Assembly (NCBI GenBank): GCA_963741095.1 | Contig: CAVUGN010000005.1 | Location: 1-64,000, forward strand | Source of the DNA: an uncultured Candidatus Micrarchaeota archaeon | GTDB lineage: Archaea > Micrarchaeota > Micrarchaeia > Micrarchaeales > Micrarchaeaceae | Length of the DNA: 64,000 nucleotides | Direction: 5' to 3' | In this document: in pieces, positions 9,585 to 19,300 of the stretch | Position numbering within the stretch: position 1 is the stretch's first letter | Layout of the letters: every line of letters starts with the position of its first letter | Made by a program: the position numbers and the translations under genes | Notes under the pieces: generated by a model | Database searches by the model: none | What the model was told of the DNA's origin: nothing | The model's input: only the letters and a program-made list of their open reading frames with translations

Positions 9585-10097
9585 TCAGTTTTTCTGCCTA
9601 GTGGCCGCGTGCGTTGCGCTGGCTTCCTTGATTAAGCTTATCGCCTGGTCCAGCGTGTTGTAAACCCTGCCCCCTGACACCGCTATCGCGGCTTCAACCT
9701 GCAGGTTCACCTTCAGGTCTATGCTGTCCCCCGAGAGCCTGAAATCGGTCCTGTAGCCCGCTATCAGCTTGCCAGCCTTGCAGGCGTAGCCTATCTCGAT
9801 GCACGTGCCGCTGTCTGGATCTGTGCCGTTCAGGTTCGCAAGAACCATATCCGCCTTGTCTATCATCGCGAAGTTGCTCCTGCCGAGCTGTATGGCAGTG
9901 TCTCTTCGCAGCGTCAGCGCCGCGTCTACGAGCTGCTCGTTGCTCAACGGCAGTATGCCGCCCCACGGGTCAAGGAGCTCCAGATTCGCGATGCCGCCCA
10001 GTTTGGGGAGCAGAACCTCCTTTATGTAGAGCCTTCCCTCCTCGCTGAAGCCCAGCGGGCTCGCAAGGTATATCTTGAACGTTTCACCGTTCTCCAT
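9585..10097 (-). CDS. Nucleoside 2-deoxyribosyltransferase family protein
   Basis: YLASP, DSGTCIEIGYA, NLQV motifs. Confidence 0.9.
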   Translation of the reverse strand: MENGETFKIYLASPLGFSEEGRLYIKEVLLPKLGGIANLELLDPWGGILPLSNEQLVDAALTLRRDTAIQLGRSNFAMIDKADMVLANLNGTDPDSGTCIEIGYACKAGKLIAGYRTDFRLSGDSIDLKVNLQVEAAIAVSGGRVYNTLDQAISLIKEASATHAATRQKN

Positions 10098-10166
10098 GCT
10101 ACTGCTGACCTTTTTATAATACTTAAAGCTTTCTCGAGGCCGTTTTGCACCGCGCTCGTAGTGGGG

Positions 10167-10715
10167 TTACTTCCTCAGCGCGTCGGTCCACGCGGGCCCT
10201 TTCCGCTCCACCGCGTCATTGAACCTCTTGAAGAAATCGAGCTCGCGGTTCTTCAGCTCCTCAAACATCAATGTCATGAGCGGGTGCACTATTATCTTTT
10301 TCACGTTTGTTGGGAAATCGGTGTCGCCCGCAATCTCCTTTGTGAAAGCCGCGATCTCCTCGACCCACGCTGCCATTGCTGTCTTGAACTCCCTTTCTAT
10401 CGCCGCCGAACCCTTTTCGTACACCTTGTGCATTGGGATGTGCGGTATGTCGCCCTTGGTCTTGTACCAACCTTTCTCGATGCGATCGAGAGTTTCCAGC
10501 ACCCCTTCGAGATCCTCCTTGGACTTGTCGTCCTTGAGGTAAAGCGCATCGTAAAGGACATGGGCTAGCGGCACCTTGTTCCTGATCGATTTTGCCCTGC
10601 ACTCCTTCACTACTTTCACAAGGTTCTCCGCGCTGTACCTGTTGCTTGAAAGCATGAGTGTCTCGATTTTCTGCTCTAGAGCAGCGTACCTCTCGTTTTT
10701 TGCTATGGTTGTCAT
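10167..10715 (-). CDS. Hypothetical protein
   Basis: 182-aa ORF in an operon-like run. Confidence 0.7.
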   Translation of the reverse strand: MTTIAKNERYAALEQKIETLMLSSNRYSAENLVKVVKECRAKSIRNKVPLAHVLYDALYLKDDKSKEDLEGVLETLDRIEKGWYKTKGDIPHIPMHKVYEKGSAAIEREFKTAMAAWVEEIAAFTKEIAGDTDFPTNVKKIIVHPLMTLMFEELKNRELDFFKRFNDAVERKGPAWTDALRK

Positions 10716-10733
10716 CTCTTCGCCCTTGATCCA

Positions 10734-11816
10734 TCAATCCGTGCGTTCCCTTTCTTCCCTTCGCAGGAATCTCCTGTCGTGGTGCCTCAACGACGCAAGC
10801 CGCGCCCCCTCCGCCTTCACATAGAGATCCTGGGCCATGGTCACGCGCAGTTCATTGACCGCGCTCCTCTCCTTGATATCGTCGATGCCGGTTATCAGCC
10901 ACTCCGAGATGCCGCGCAGGTACCTGGAGTGCTTCTCGAAGCCCAGGGGCGACTTCGAAAAGAGGTGCTCGCCCGCGAAAAGGTCCGAATTCCTGCAGGC
11001 CTTAAAGAACTTGTTCGCCTCCTCGTTGTAATTGCCCTTCATGACTATAGAAGGGGTGCCGTCGAACCAGCCAGAGGCGATCATCGGATCGAGCCTGTCC
11101 GCCAAGCTCGTTATCAGGTAGCGCTTTGCCTTGAGCCTGAGGCCGCGGGTCTTCGCCATCTCGCTCTTGAATTTTGCCCATGTGAATGTGTCATCATTCC
11201 CCTCCGTCTTGACGGCTCCGTCCTGCACCAGCTCCATGAGCAGTATCAGGTCCATCATCGGGCCGGATTTTGCGATCAGGTTCTTGATGAGTTCCCTGTT
11301 GTTCGGTGTGCCCTCGTCAGCCGGAAATGATTGGAACTCTTTTCTTATGGTGCGCACCAGCTCGCAGCTTTCGCGTATCAGTTCCACGTTCCGCTGCCCG
11401 GTGCTTATCATGTCAACGTTGTGCAGCAGCATGGAGATGTGATCCATGAGTTTTCTTGTGTTCTCGCCGGGCACGATGTACAATGTTTTGCCGTTGTCCG
11501 TGCCGCTTGCGCACATGTCGACCCCGCTCCTGCCGTACCTCAGGTCGTAGGGAGAGCGTATCCGCACAATCGGCTCTTTTACCGTGCTCGTCGGCTCCGG
11601 TTCGGAACTTGTTGAGGACGGTTTCTGCAACGATCTCCGGAGCTCCACCCTGGTCCTTTCGAACACCCTGGCGGCCCTTTTCGACATCGGCCGAAATTCG
11701 TTCCTAGTCAACTCATTCTTTATTGCAGTCTCTGCCGCGCTCGAGTACTCTCCCCTTATTAGCTTCGTCTCCACTTCCCTGACCGCAATACTCCGCTCTC
11801 TCGTCTGTTCCGCCAT
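10734..11816 (-). CDS. Hypothetical protein
   Basis: 360-aa ORF. Confidence 0.75.
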   Translation of the reverse strand: MAEQTRERSIAVREVETKLIRGEYSSAAETAIKNELTRNEFRPMSKRAARVFERTRVELRRSLQKPSSTSSEPEPTSTVKEPIVRIRSPYDLRYGRSGVDMCASGTDNGKTLYIVPGENTRKLMDHISMLLHNVDMISTGQRNVELIRESCELVRTIRKEFQSFPADEGTPNNRELIKNLIAKSGPMMDLILLMELVQDGAVKTEGNDDTFTWAKFKSEMAKTRGLRLKAKRYLITSLADRLDPMIASGWFDGTPSIVMKGNYNEEANKFFKACRNSDLFAGEHLFSKSPLGFEKHSRYLRGISEWLITGIDDIKERSAVNELRVTMAQDLYVKAEGARLASLRHHDRRFLRREERERTD

Positions 11817-11856
11817 ATCATCATTTTGTAGTGTAATTTCCCTTTTCAGGATATAT

Positions 11857-12492
11857 CTATACCTTACTTCGCCTTGTTGCGATTAGTTCCTCGCGCAGCA
11901 GCGGGCTGAGTGAAGACACACCCTGCTGCTTGGTGTACTCCGAAAGCTCTTCGTTGTTGTTCAGGAAGTCCACGCAGATGTTCCTATGGCCCATGCCCCT
12001 CAAGCCAGCCTCAAGAGGCATCACATGCACCGCACCGGTCAGCACCAGTGCAAGGTCGACGTCGTTCTCCTCGATGTGCGAGTCGATGGCGTGCGACATG
12101 TAAGCATCACGAACCAGCCTGTAGAAGTATGCTTCCTCCATCCTGTGCTGCCTCCTGTCGGGCAGGTCAATCGGCACGACAGGAATCCCTTCTGCCTTGA
12201 AAGCCTCGAGCCTTGTCTTCAGCTGTGCCGGCCATCTGCTTGTGACCGCCAGCTTACTTATGTTGCCCTCCTGCAGGTCCGCGAGCAGGTTCCTGTTGTG
12301 CGGTCTGTCTATGATCTCAATGAATAGAACGGGATTCCGGCTCTTGAAGGCGTCGAGGCTCTCTCTCAGCATCGGCTTCAGCGTTTCTATGTCCTTCGTG
12401 CTGTTGTGCGACTCGCCGAAGAGCAGTATCCTGCAATTTCCGTCAGCCCGATGGGCATTCTTTGCAGTTTGAGACGGTTGTTCATGCATCAT
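11857..12492 (-). CDS. EreA/ChaN/TraB-like superfamily protein
   Basis: LLFGESH..LFIE..PID..RDAYM..LTGAVH motif order. Confidence 0.7.
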   Translation of the reverse strand: MMHEQPSQTAKNAHRADGNCRILLFGESHNSTKDIETLKPMLRESLDAFKSRNPVLFIEIIDRPHNRNLLADLQEGNISKLAVTSRWPAQLKTRLEAFKAEGIPVVPIDLPDRRQHRMEEAYFYRLVRDAYMSHAIDSHIEENDVDLALVLTGAVHVMPLEAGLRGMGHRNICVDFLNNNEELSEYTKQQGVSSLSPLLREELIATRRSKV

Positions 12493-12945
12493 TCATATCC
12501 CGTTTGAGCATCCTTTTGTCATGAAGTTTGATATCAGCGTTGCTGTGAGGGTTGCCGCGGCCAGGATTTCGTAGGTAAGCGCTCCGGCAGTTACGGTCCC
12601 GATCGCGTTGAGATAGCCATGAGGCACGAACGGCATGATCTCTGCCGAAGAGTATCCCCCAATCTTAATCGCTATTTCCGTCATCCGCTTGCCCAACGAC
12701 ATCGCGGCGGGCGTGCCCATGACAAGAACCGCCTCCGTTGCAGCCACAGCTAGGCCGTATGTGAGCCCCATCGCGATCATGTTTTTGCTGCTGAATTTGA
12801 AACCCCTGGGCCCGTAAGCGCCCAATCCTGCGCCGTCTCTCCTGATCATGCTGTGGGGCGATCCAGAGTCCTTGCCTCCGGCAAGCGTGCCTTTGCCCTC
12901 TTCGCCCGCCTTTTCAGCCACCGAACGCTCACACTTCTCAGTCAT
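12493..12945 (-). CDS. Hypothetical protein with two hydrophobic segments
   Basis: Start MTEKCERS, downstream of a TATA-like element at ~12993. Confidence 0.6.
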   Translation of the reverse strand: MTEKCERSVAEKAGEEGKGTLAGGKDSGSPHSMIRRDGAGLGAYGPRGFKFSSKNMIAMGLTYGLAVAATEAVLVMGTPAAMSLGKRMTEIAIKIGGYSSAEIMPFVPHGYLNAIGTVTAGALTYEILAAATLTATLISNFMTKGCSNGI

Positions 12946-13011
12946 GACAAACACTAATAATGAACATCGAATCAGAAGTTTATCCAATGCATGAGATACT
13001 TATACCTTGTT

Positions 13012-14058
13012 TTACTGAGTCCCCTGCCTTTTTGCGGCCTTCTCCAGCAGTTCCCGCATCTCCTTTGTTTTGGCGTAGTCGATTGCCTTCAACCCTTTGT
13101 TATTTTTTATACCCACCTTCGCGCCACCATTTACCAGTGTCTTTATGATTGCGTTATGCTTCTCCATCGCAGCCGCAAGCAGCGCCGTGTTGCCATCCTT
13201 ATCCTGAAAGTTAGGGTTGGCTCCATAGTCAATCAACTTCTTTACAATCTCGTTCGAACCACCCCACGAGGCGTACATCAGCGGGGTGTTGCCGCTGGCG
13301 TTGTTCCTTATATTTGTATCCGCGCCGTAGTTCAACAGCACTACGACCGCATCGCCTGCTCCGGCAGACGATGCCCTAATCAGCGCGGTGTCGCCGTTCT
13401 CGTCCCGCTCATCCACATTGGCGCCGTGTGTCATCAGCGTGTCCGCGATAAGGTAGTGGTTGTAGAAGGCCGCCCACATCAAAGCAGTATCGCCCTTGTC
13501 TGACTGCACGTTCACATCGCCACCGGCACGTATCAGCATCTCAACAATCTCAGTGTTGCCTTGCGCAGAAGCTAACATGATCGCGTTCGAGCCTATGCGG
13601 CTTACCTCATTGGGGCTTGCCCCGTAGTCCAGCAGCACTTTGACGACCTCCTTGCAATCATTTTTCGAGGCCCACATGAGGGCAGTCCAGCCGGGTTCTT
13701 CCTTTGTTTCGAGCTGAGCGCCGCTTTTCAGAAGCAGGTCGACAACCCCTTTGTAGCCAGCTGCCGATGCGGCAATCAGTGCCGTCCTGCCCGTGTCATC
13801 ACACATGTTGACGTCCACGCCGTAGGATATGAGCGTTCCGATCCTGTCCAGGTCAACCGCGCCTATCTTGCCCGATTCTGCAACCAATTCGCGCCCCAAC
13901 GAATCCAGCATTGCCTTGTCGAAAACGGGGGTTCCCAGATCCTTGATCCTTTTGCCAATATCGTTGCAGGGATTGGATTCGGCCTGCCGGACGAACGCCT
14001 TTATCGCATCCGCTCTGTCAGTCGTCATCTTTCCGCTCTTGTTTGCGCTATTTTCCAT
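13012..14058 (-). CDS. Ankyrin repeat protein
   Basis: Multiple GxTAL/TPL..A...G repeats; leader GKMTTDRADAIKAFVRQ. Confidence 0.95.
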   Translation of the reverse strand: MENSANKSGKMTTDRADAIKAFVRQAESNPCNDIGKRIKDLGTPVFDKAMLDSLGRELVAESGKIGAVDLDRIGTLISYGVDVNMCDDTGRTALIAASAAGYKGVVDLLLKSGAQLETKEEPGWTALMWASKNDCKEVVKVLLDYGASPNEVSRIGSNAIMLASAQGNTEIVEMLIRAGGDVNVQSDKGDTALMWAAFYNHYLIADTLMTHGANVDERDENGDTALIRASSAGAGDAVVVLLNYGADTNIRNNASGNTPLMYASWGGSNEIVKKLIDYGANPNFQDKDGNTALLAAAMEKHNAIIKTLVNGGAKVGIKNNKGLKAIDYAKTKEMRELLEKAAKRQGTQ

Positions 14059-15429
14059 CCTCCTCAAACCTAGCGGCCCGCTTTATCTGTATCTTTATAT
14101 TCTTGTTGTCCGTGCAATCCATGGCTGTCTTGCCTTCGTCGTTCTTGCAGTCTAGGTCCACACGCCAGCTCAGCAGTGTCTCAACCGCGTCCCCGTGATT
14201 GTTCGCGGCTGCACGCATCAGTGCAGTGCAGCCGTCCTTGCCTCTGAAGTTTCCGTCGGCGCCAGACCGCATCAACAACTCCACGATGATCGCGTTGCCC
14301 TTCTCCGCAGCCACGATAAGCGGTGTTTTGCCTTCTACACTCTTGTGGTTCAAATCGACTGCATGGGTTTTCAGCAGCATCTCTGCAATCTCGAAGCTGT
14401 CGACCTCGGCTGCGAACATCAGCGCGGTCTCACCATGGTTGATCTGGATGTCCGGTTTGGCTCCTCTATCGATTAGAATCTTGGCAATCTCGCTGCCACC
14501 AGCTATTGCAGCGCAGATCAGCGCAGTGCAGCCTTGATCGTCCTGCAGGTTCACGTCTGCACCGTTGTCCAGCATCAGCTTGACAACCCCTTTGTAGCCA
14601 GCTGCCGATGCGGCAATCAGTGCCGTCCTGCCCGTGTCATCACACATGTTGACGTCCACGCCGTAGGATATGAGCGTTCCGATCCTGTCCAGGTCAACCG
14701 CGCCTATCTTGCCCGATTCTGCAACCAATTCGCGCCCCAACGAATCCAGCATTGCCTTGTCGAAAACGGGGGTTCCCAGATCCTTGATCCTTTTGCCAAT
14801 ATCGTTGCAGGGATTGGATTCGGCCTGCCGGACGAACGCCTTTATCGCATCCGCTCTGTCAGTCGTCATCTTTCCGCTCTTGTTTGCGCTATTTTCCATC
14901 CTCCTCAAACCTAGCGGCCCGCTTTATCTGTATCTTTATATTCTTGTTGTCCGTGCAATCCATGGCTGTCTTGCCTTCGTCGTTCTTGCAGTCTAGGTCC
15001 ACACGCCAGCTCAGCAGTGTCTCAACCGCGTCCCCGTGATTGTTCGCGGCTGCACGCATCAGTGCAGTGCAGCCGTCCTTGCCTCTGAAGTTTCCGTCGG
15101 CGCCAGACCGCATCAACAACTCCACGATGATCGCGTTGCCCTTCTCCGCAGCCACGATAAGCGGTGTTTTGCCTTCTACACTCTTGTGGTTCAAATCGAC
15201 TGCATGGGTTTTCAGCAGCATCTCTGCAATCTCGAAGCTGTCGACCTCGGCTGCGAACATCAGCGCGGTCTCACCATGGTTGATCTGGATGTCCGGTTTG
15301 GCTCCTCTATCGATTAGAATCTTGGCAATCTCGCTGCCACCAGCTATTGCAGCGCAGATCAGCGCAGTGCAGCCTTGATCGTCCTGCAGGTTCACGTCTG
15401 CACCGTTGTCCAGCATCAGCTTGACAACC
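13741..15429. repeat. 841-bp tandem duplication
   Basis: 13741-14588 matches 14582-15429; GACAACC at 13741, 14582 and 15423. Confidence 0.95.
14048..14899 (-). CDS. Chimeric ankyrin repeat protein
   Basis: N-half identical to the 13012 gene, C-half identical to the 14889 gene. Confidence 0.85.
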   Translation of the reverse strand: MENSANKSGKMTTDRADAIKAFVRQAESNPCNDIGKRIKDLGTPVFDKAMLDSLGRELVAESGKIGAVDLDRIGTLISYGVDVNMCDDTGRTALIAASAAGYKGVVKLMLDNGADVNLQDDQGCTALICAAIAGGSEIAKILIDRGAKPDIQINHGETALMFAAEVDSFEIAEMLLKTHAVDLNHKSVEGKTPLIVAAEKGNAIIVELLMRSGADGNFRGKDGCTALMRAAANNHGDAVETLLSWRVDLDCKNDEGKTAMDCTDNKNIKIQIKRAARFEEDGK

Positions 15430-15830
15430 TCGGTGTATTTCCGCAACGAAGCCATCGTCAGCGCCTTGATCCCGCGCTCGTTCTGCACGTTCAAGTCCGC
15501 GCCGCTCTTCAGTAGCAGTTCGGCGATCTCCAGATTGCCGCTGACGCAAGCGTAGATCAGCGAGGTGTTTCCCTCCGGATCCCTCGCGTTCAGATCCGCC
15601 CCGTTGCTTATCAGCTCCTTCACCCTGAAGAGGTTTGGATGCTCCAGCTTCGATTCCTCGATTATCATTGCCCCGTATTTTAATGCATGATCTTTGTCCA
15701 CTGTGCCCAGTCGGGCCGCTTCCCTGTTTATCGCATCGCCTGGCGCCGAGTCGACCTGTCGGATGAACGCCCTGATCGCGTCCGCCTTGTCGATCGTCAT
15801 TCTGCCGTTCTGGTTCGAATTGATCTCCAT
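14889..15830 (-). CDS. Ankyrin repeat protein
   Basis: Ankyrin repeats; leader GRMTIDKADAIRAFIRQ. Confidence 0.95.
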   Translation of the reverse strand: MEINSNQNGRMTIDKADAIRAFIRQVDSAPGDAINREAARLGTVDKDHALKYGAMIIEESKLEHPNLFRVKELISNGADLNARDPEGNTSLIYACVSGNLEIAELLLKSGADLNVQNERGIKALTMASLRKYTEVVKLMLDNGADVNLQDDQGCTALICAAIAGGSEIAKILIDRGAKPDIQINHGETALMFAAEVDSFEIAEMLLKTHAVDLNHKSVEGKTPLIVAAEKGNAIIVELLMRSGADGNFRGKDGCTALMRAAANNHGDAVETLLSWRVDLDCKNDEGKTAMDCTDNKNIKIQIKRAARFEEDGK

Positions 15831-15831
15831 C

Positions 15832-16755
15832 TCACCTAACCTTTGATGCTTTTCTCAGCATTCTCTTTATGTTTTCATTATCGGTGCATTTCATCGCATT
15901 GTAGCCGTACCTGTCCTTCATTCCCTTTTTGGCGCCGTTGTCCAACAGCAGGCGTACGATATCCTCGAATCCACCCTCCGCAGCACGCATCAGCGCAGTC
16001 TTTTCTTCCCAGTCCCTGAGGTTCACCTCGGCACCTTTGTTCAGCAGCGCCGCAACGGCATCTTTTTCGCCGGTGCGTGAAGCCTCTATCAGCGGCGTGG
16101 AGCGATGGCTGGCATCCGCGTTCACCGATGCACCGCGATCCATCAGCATCTTCATGATAATCTTGTTGCCGTGATGCGATGCTGCCATTAGTGCGGTCAT
16201 GCCGTCGACGTCCGTGATCTCGATGTCCGCGCCTTTCTCCAGCATCGCTTCGACAATCTCTGCGTAGCCCTTTTCTGCGGCCAAAACCAGCGGAGGAATT
16301 TCCCTTTTGGTTTTTATGTTGGCGTCCGCATCGTGACTCATCAATATCCTGACCACGTCGATTTTGTTGTCTCCGGTGGCCCACATGAGCGCCGTCCTGC
16401 CGCTGTTGTCTTTCAGGTTCACGTCGGCGCCGTTGTCGATCAGAAGCTTGACTAGTTTATCATTGCCCTTTTTCGAAGCACCCATCAGCGCAGTCCACCC
16501 GAACGTGTTCTGGGCATTCAGATTGGCGCCTTTGACTATCAGCATTTCGATTGTTCCGATGTCTGCGTCATCTTTCCAGGCTGCCTTGACCATGTCAGCC
16601 CCTCTTGTCGCAGCCATTTCTTCACTGACCCTTGCCACTATGAGTCTCTTGTTGGTTGCATCGCTCAGCGCAGGTTCGGTATCCCTGACGAACGCCTTCA
16701 GAACGTCCAACCTGTTAAGGGTCATCCTTCCGTCTTTTTGTACGCTATCGCCCAT
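15832..16755 (-). CDS. Ankyrin repeat protein
   Basis: Ankyrin repeats; leader GRMTLNRLDVLKAFVRD. Confidence 0.95.
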   Translation of the reverse strand: MGDSVQKDGRMTLNRLDVLKAFVRDTEPALSDATNKRLIVARVSEEMAATRGADMVKAAWKDDADIGTIEMLIVKGANLNAQNTFGWTALMGASKKGNDKLVKLLIDNGADVNLKDNSGRTALMWATGDNKIDVVRILMSHDADANIKTKREIPPLVLAAEKGYAEIVEAMLEKGADIEITDVDGMTALMAASHHGNKIIMKMLMDRGASVNADASHRSTPLIEASRTGEKDAVAALLNKGAEVNLRDWEEKTALMRAAEGGFEDIVRLLLDNGAKKGMKDRYGYNAMKCTDNENIKRMLRKASKVR

Positions 16756-16783
16756 CAAAAAGCCTTAATATAGACGCAGTTGA

Positions 16784-16823
16784 GGAGATATTTATGCCCT
16801 GTTTTTGAGTTCGTCTATTGACG
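16784..16823 (-). promoter_or_regulatory. Conserved 40-bp promoter module (ankyrin operon)
   Basis: CGTCAATAGACG-AACTCAAAAACAGGG-CATAAATATCTCC. Confidence 0.85.
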
Positions 16824-16881
16824 TCTAGTGGGATTTTCTGTGCGCACTTAGGAAAGGCGTTATTTGGAAAAAGCGTTACTT

Positions 16882-17229
16882 TCAGGTAGGGTTCATCTGG
16901 TTCCTTTCCAGGTTCAGGATCTTGTAATCAAAAAAGAGTGTCTTCTCGCTCGCTATCTTGAACTTCTTTGACGGCCCTTCGCCGTACTGGATGAGGAAGT
17001 CGCTGGATTGCCCGCTGACCAAGCTTCCGTTCGCCATTACCTTTGGGTCCACGTAGAACTGCTTGTCCATCCTCACCGCATAGACCTTCTCGTCGGTCTT
17101 GCAGTCTATGGCCAGGTACCTGGCAGCCTGCTCGGGCAAAAACAATCGGTCCTTATCGGACATCCGCGGCGCGAATGTCGGGGATATGTCGACATTGCTG
17201 ACATTGACCGCTTTGTCCTTCGTCACCAT
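16882..17229 (-). CDS. Hypothetical protein
   Basis: 115 aa; CATAAATATCTCC box upstream. Confidence 0.7.
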   Translation of the reverse strand: MVTKDKAVNVSNVDISPTFAPRMSDKDRLFLPEQAARYLAIDCKTDEKVYAVRMDKQFYVDPKVMANGSLVSGQSSDFLIQYGEGPSKKFKIASEKTLFFDYKILNLERNQMNPT

Positions 17230-17314
17230 TGGATCACGTTAGGAACAATTCATTCGAGGAGATATTTATGCCTTGCTCTCTGCTTTTTTCGGTCAAAGGA
17301 TCAGGGAATTCCAG

Positions 17315-17575
17315 TTACTTCGGCTTGTCGGCCTTGGACGGCAGCATGTACTGCTTTATCTTCCCGTAGAGCACGAAGGTCACGCCGTTGTTCCTCTGTG
17401 CCACATCCTTGAGGTGGTTCTTGTAGAACTCGAGCGCCTCCCTGTTGCCCTTCTCTATCTCGCGCTTGTACACGCCGCACACGCTGCAGGTGTGCGGTTT
17501 CTTCTCCTCGGAGGTTTTTCTGTCGAATATCTTGATTATCACTTTCTTCGAATCCGGGTCGAGTATGCGCGCCAT
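17315..17575 (-). CDS. Small hypothetical protein (HxCxxC)
   Basis: 86 aa; motif promoter at 17661-17700. Confidence 0.6.
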   Translation of the reverse strand: MARILDPDSKKVIIKIFDRKTSEEKKPHTCSVCGVYKREIEKGNREALEFYKNHLKDVAQRNNGVTFVLYGKIKQYMLPSKADKPK

Positions 17576-17794
17576 ATCAACAGCTTTTCATCTTGCAATA
17601 AACATCCTGTTTGCCTTTCAGCCGTCTCAATCGCTCCTGTGCAGTATAAGGTACGCTTCATGAGATACTTATAGCTTCTATCCTAGTCCGTCAAGTGTCG
17701 ATAAATCCGGCAGGATCGATGTGCTCTCCTGACCGCTCCACGCAAAGCTATTTATGAATAAACAGCCCTTTCCTCTCAAGCGAGTGATGGTTTC

Positions 17795-18475
17795 ATGGAT
17801 TATCTGGACGGAGTTGCTGTAGTCGACCTGGAGGCCACTAGCCTCAACACGAGGAAGGGAGCGATAGCATCGATAGGCATGGTGACGTTCAGGAACGGCG
17901 AGCTCAGGAGGTATTACCGCGTCTTCAGGCCGTTCAAAGGAGCGAGGATAGACAAATCCGCGCTCGCAGTCTGCGGCTTCACGCTGAAGGAATTGAATAA
18001 GAGGTGCGACTGCAGCGGCGGGGAAGAGAATTGCAGTGTTCCCGAGCACGCGCACTCGCCCGAGAAAGTGTGTCTCTACGTGTCAAAATTCATGCGCGAG
18101 AACCGCTGCCACACGATAGCCGGGCAGAACCCCGCCTTCGATACGGGCTATCTGCACGCGTACTTCGAGAGATACAAGAAATTCGATTTCATCTCGCACA
18201 GGACCATAGATCTGCATTCCATAGGTTACGGGCAGCTCGCCGCAAAGGGCATGAGGGTGCCGACCGACATGGTGAGGGATGGCAGGATATCCTACGTGCG
18301 GAACGATTTCTCAGCGACAAAATTGTACCACATGATCGGCATGCCCACCGAACCGAAGCCGCACAACGCGTTGACCGGTGCGGTGTTCGAGTTCGAGGCC
18401 CTGTGCAGGCTGGTGTACAAGAAGCCGGTGCTGGAGGAGTTCCAGAAGTATTCGCTTGGATCGGATGGCCTGTAA
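17795..18475 (+). CDS. DEDDh 3'-5' exonuclease
   Basis: VVDLEATSL, GQNPAFD, IDLHS, HNAL motifs. Confidence 0.9.
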   Translation: MDYLDGVAVVDLEATSLNTRKGAIASIGMVTFRNGELRRYYRVFRPFKGARIDKSALAVCGFTLKELNKRCDCSGGEENCSVPEHAHSPEKVCLYVSKFMRENRCHTIAGQNPAFDTGYLHAYFERYKKFDFISHRTIDLHSIGYGQLAAKGMRVPTDMVRDGRISYVRNDFSATKLYHMIGMPTEPKPHNALTGAVFEFEALCRLVYKKPVLEEFQKYSLGSDGL

Positions 18476-18501
18476 GATGTCTTGTTTTAAGAGGTCTAAA
18501 A

Positions 18502-18541
18502 CGTCAATAGGCGAAGTTGAGGATAGCTTATAAGTATCTCC
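18502..18541 (+). promoter_or_regulatory. Conserved 40-bp promoter module
   Basis: CGTCAATAGGCG-AAGTTGAGGATAGCT-TATAAGTATCTCC. Confidence 0.85.
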
Positions 18542-18641
18542 TGGACCGCTATCAATAGTGCGATAGAATAACAGCGTCAGAAAGCGCAGCAACAAATACT
18601 GACAGGTGCTCTGACAGAACCGATCAAGGGCAAACGATGAG

Positions 18642-19292
18642 ATGGAGGGCAACTTTAACAACAGCGGAAAAATGACCACTGAGAGAGCGGACGCGATAAA
18701 GACGTTCCTCCGGAACGTTGAGACAACGCCCGGGTATGCTGCTGATCTGAGGACGAGAGTAGGAAACTACTCGAACATGTTCGATGGCCGCATACCGCAG
18801 ATCACGGACAACGAACTCGCGGCGTTGTATGGAAGGATAAAACCGGTGGTCAGGGGAGTTACCATCAGAGAGGATTGCGCCGCAGAAAAGCTCGATGAAT
18901 TTATCGGCAGGTGGGCCAAAGAGAGCAGTATCGAGGGGCCTGCGCTGGATGCATTGAAGAATGAAGCGCCACAAACACTGTTTTGGATAAAGGATGTGGA
19001 TCCCAGGCAGATAAATTTCATGAGTTCGCCGATGCCCGCAGGCATTGCCTCTGGATTGAAGAGGATAGGCATCATCACGACGTACCACGAACCGAATTAC
19101 TCCGCATGGGGCCACAGGCTTTTTGCGCCGTCGGTTGCTGAAGTGCTTTCGCAGATCCCGGAAGTTCTCCGGGGCATAGTGTCCGCTTTTGAAACGCAGC
19201 GCATGTTCGAGCAGGATGATAAGAGGTACCTAAAAGCGGAAACGGCCGTGTACGTCTTGGAGGATGGAGTTGTAAAGAAGCTGCTGGATTAA
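18642..19292 (+). CDS. Non-ankyrin hypothetical protein carrying the ankyrin-family leader
   Basis: SGKMTTERADAIKTFLRN followed by an unrelated domain. Confidence 0.8.
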   Translation: MEGNFNNSGKMTTERADAIKTFLRNVETTPGYAADLRTRVGNYSNMFDGRIPQITDNELAALYGRIKPVVRGVTIREDCAAEKLDEFIGRWAKESSIEGPALDALKNEAPQTLFWIKDVDPRQINFMSSPMPAGIASGLKRIGIITTYHEPNYSAWGHRLFAPSVAEVLSQIPEVLRGIVSAFETQRMFEQDDKRYLKAETAVYVLEDGVVKKLLD

Positions 19293-19300
19293 GCAACCTT

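Noticed and set aside
16858-16880. Possible extra copies of the 19-bp palindrome (also ~63000)
   Set aside because: Only the TTGGAAAA core matches; the arms are not conserved
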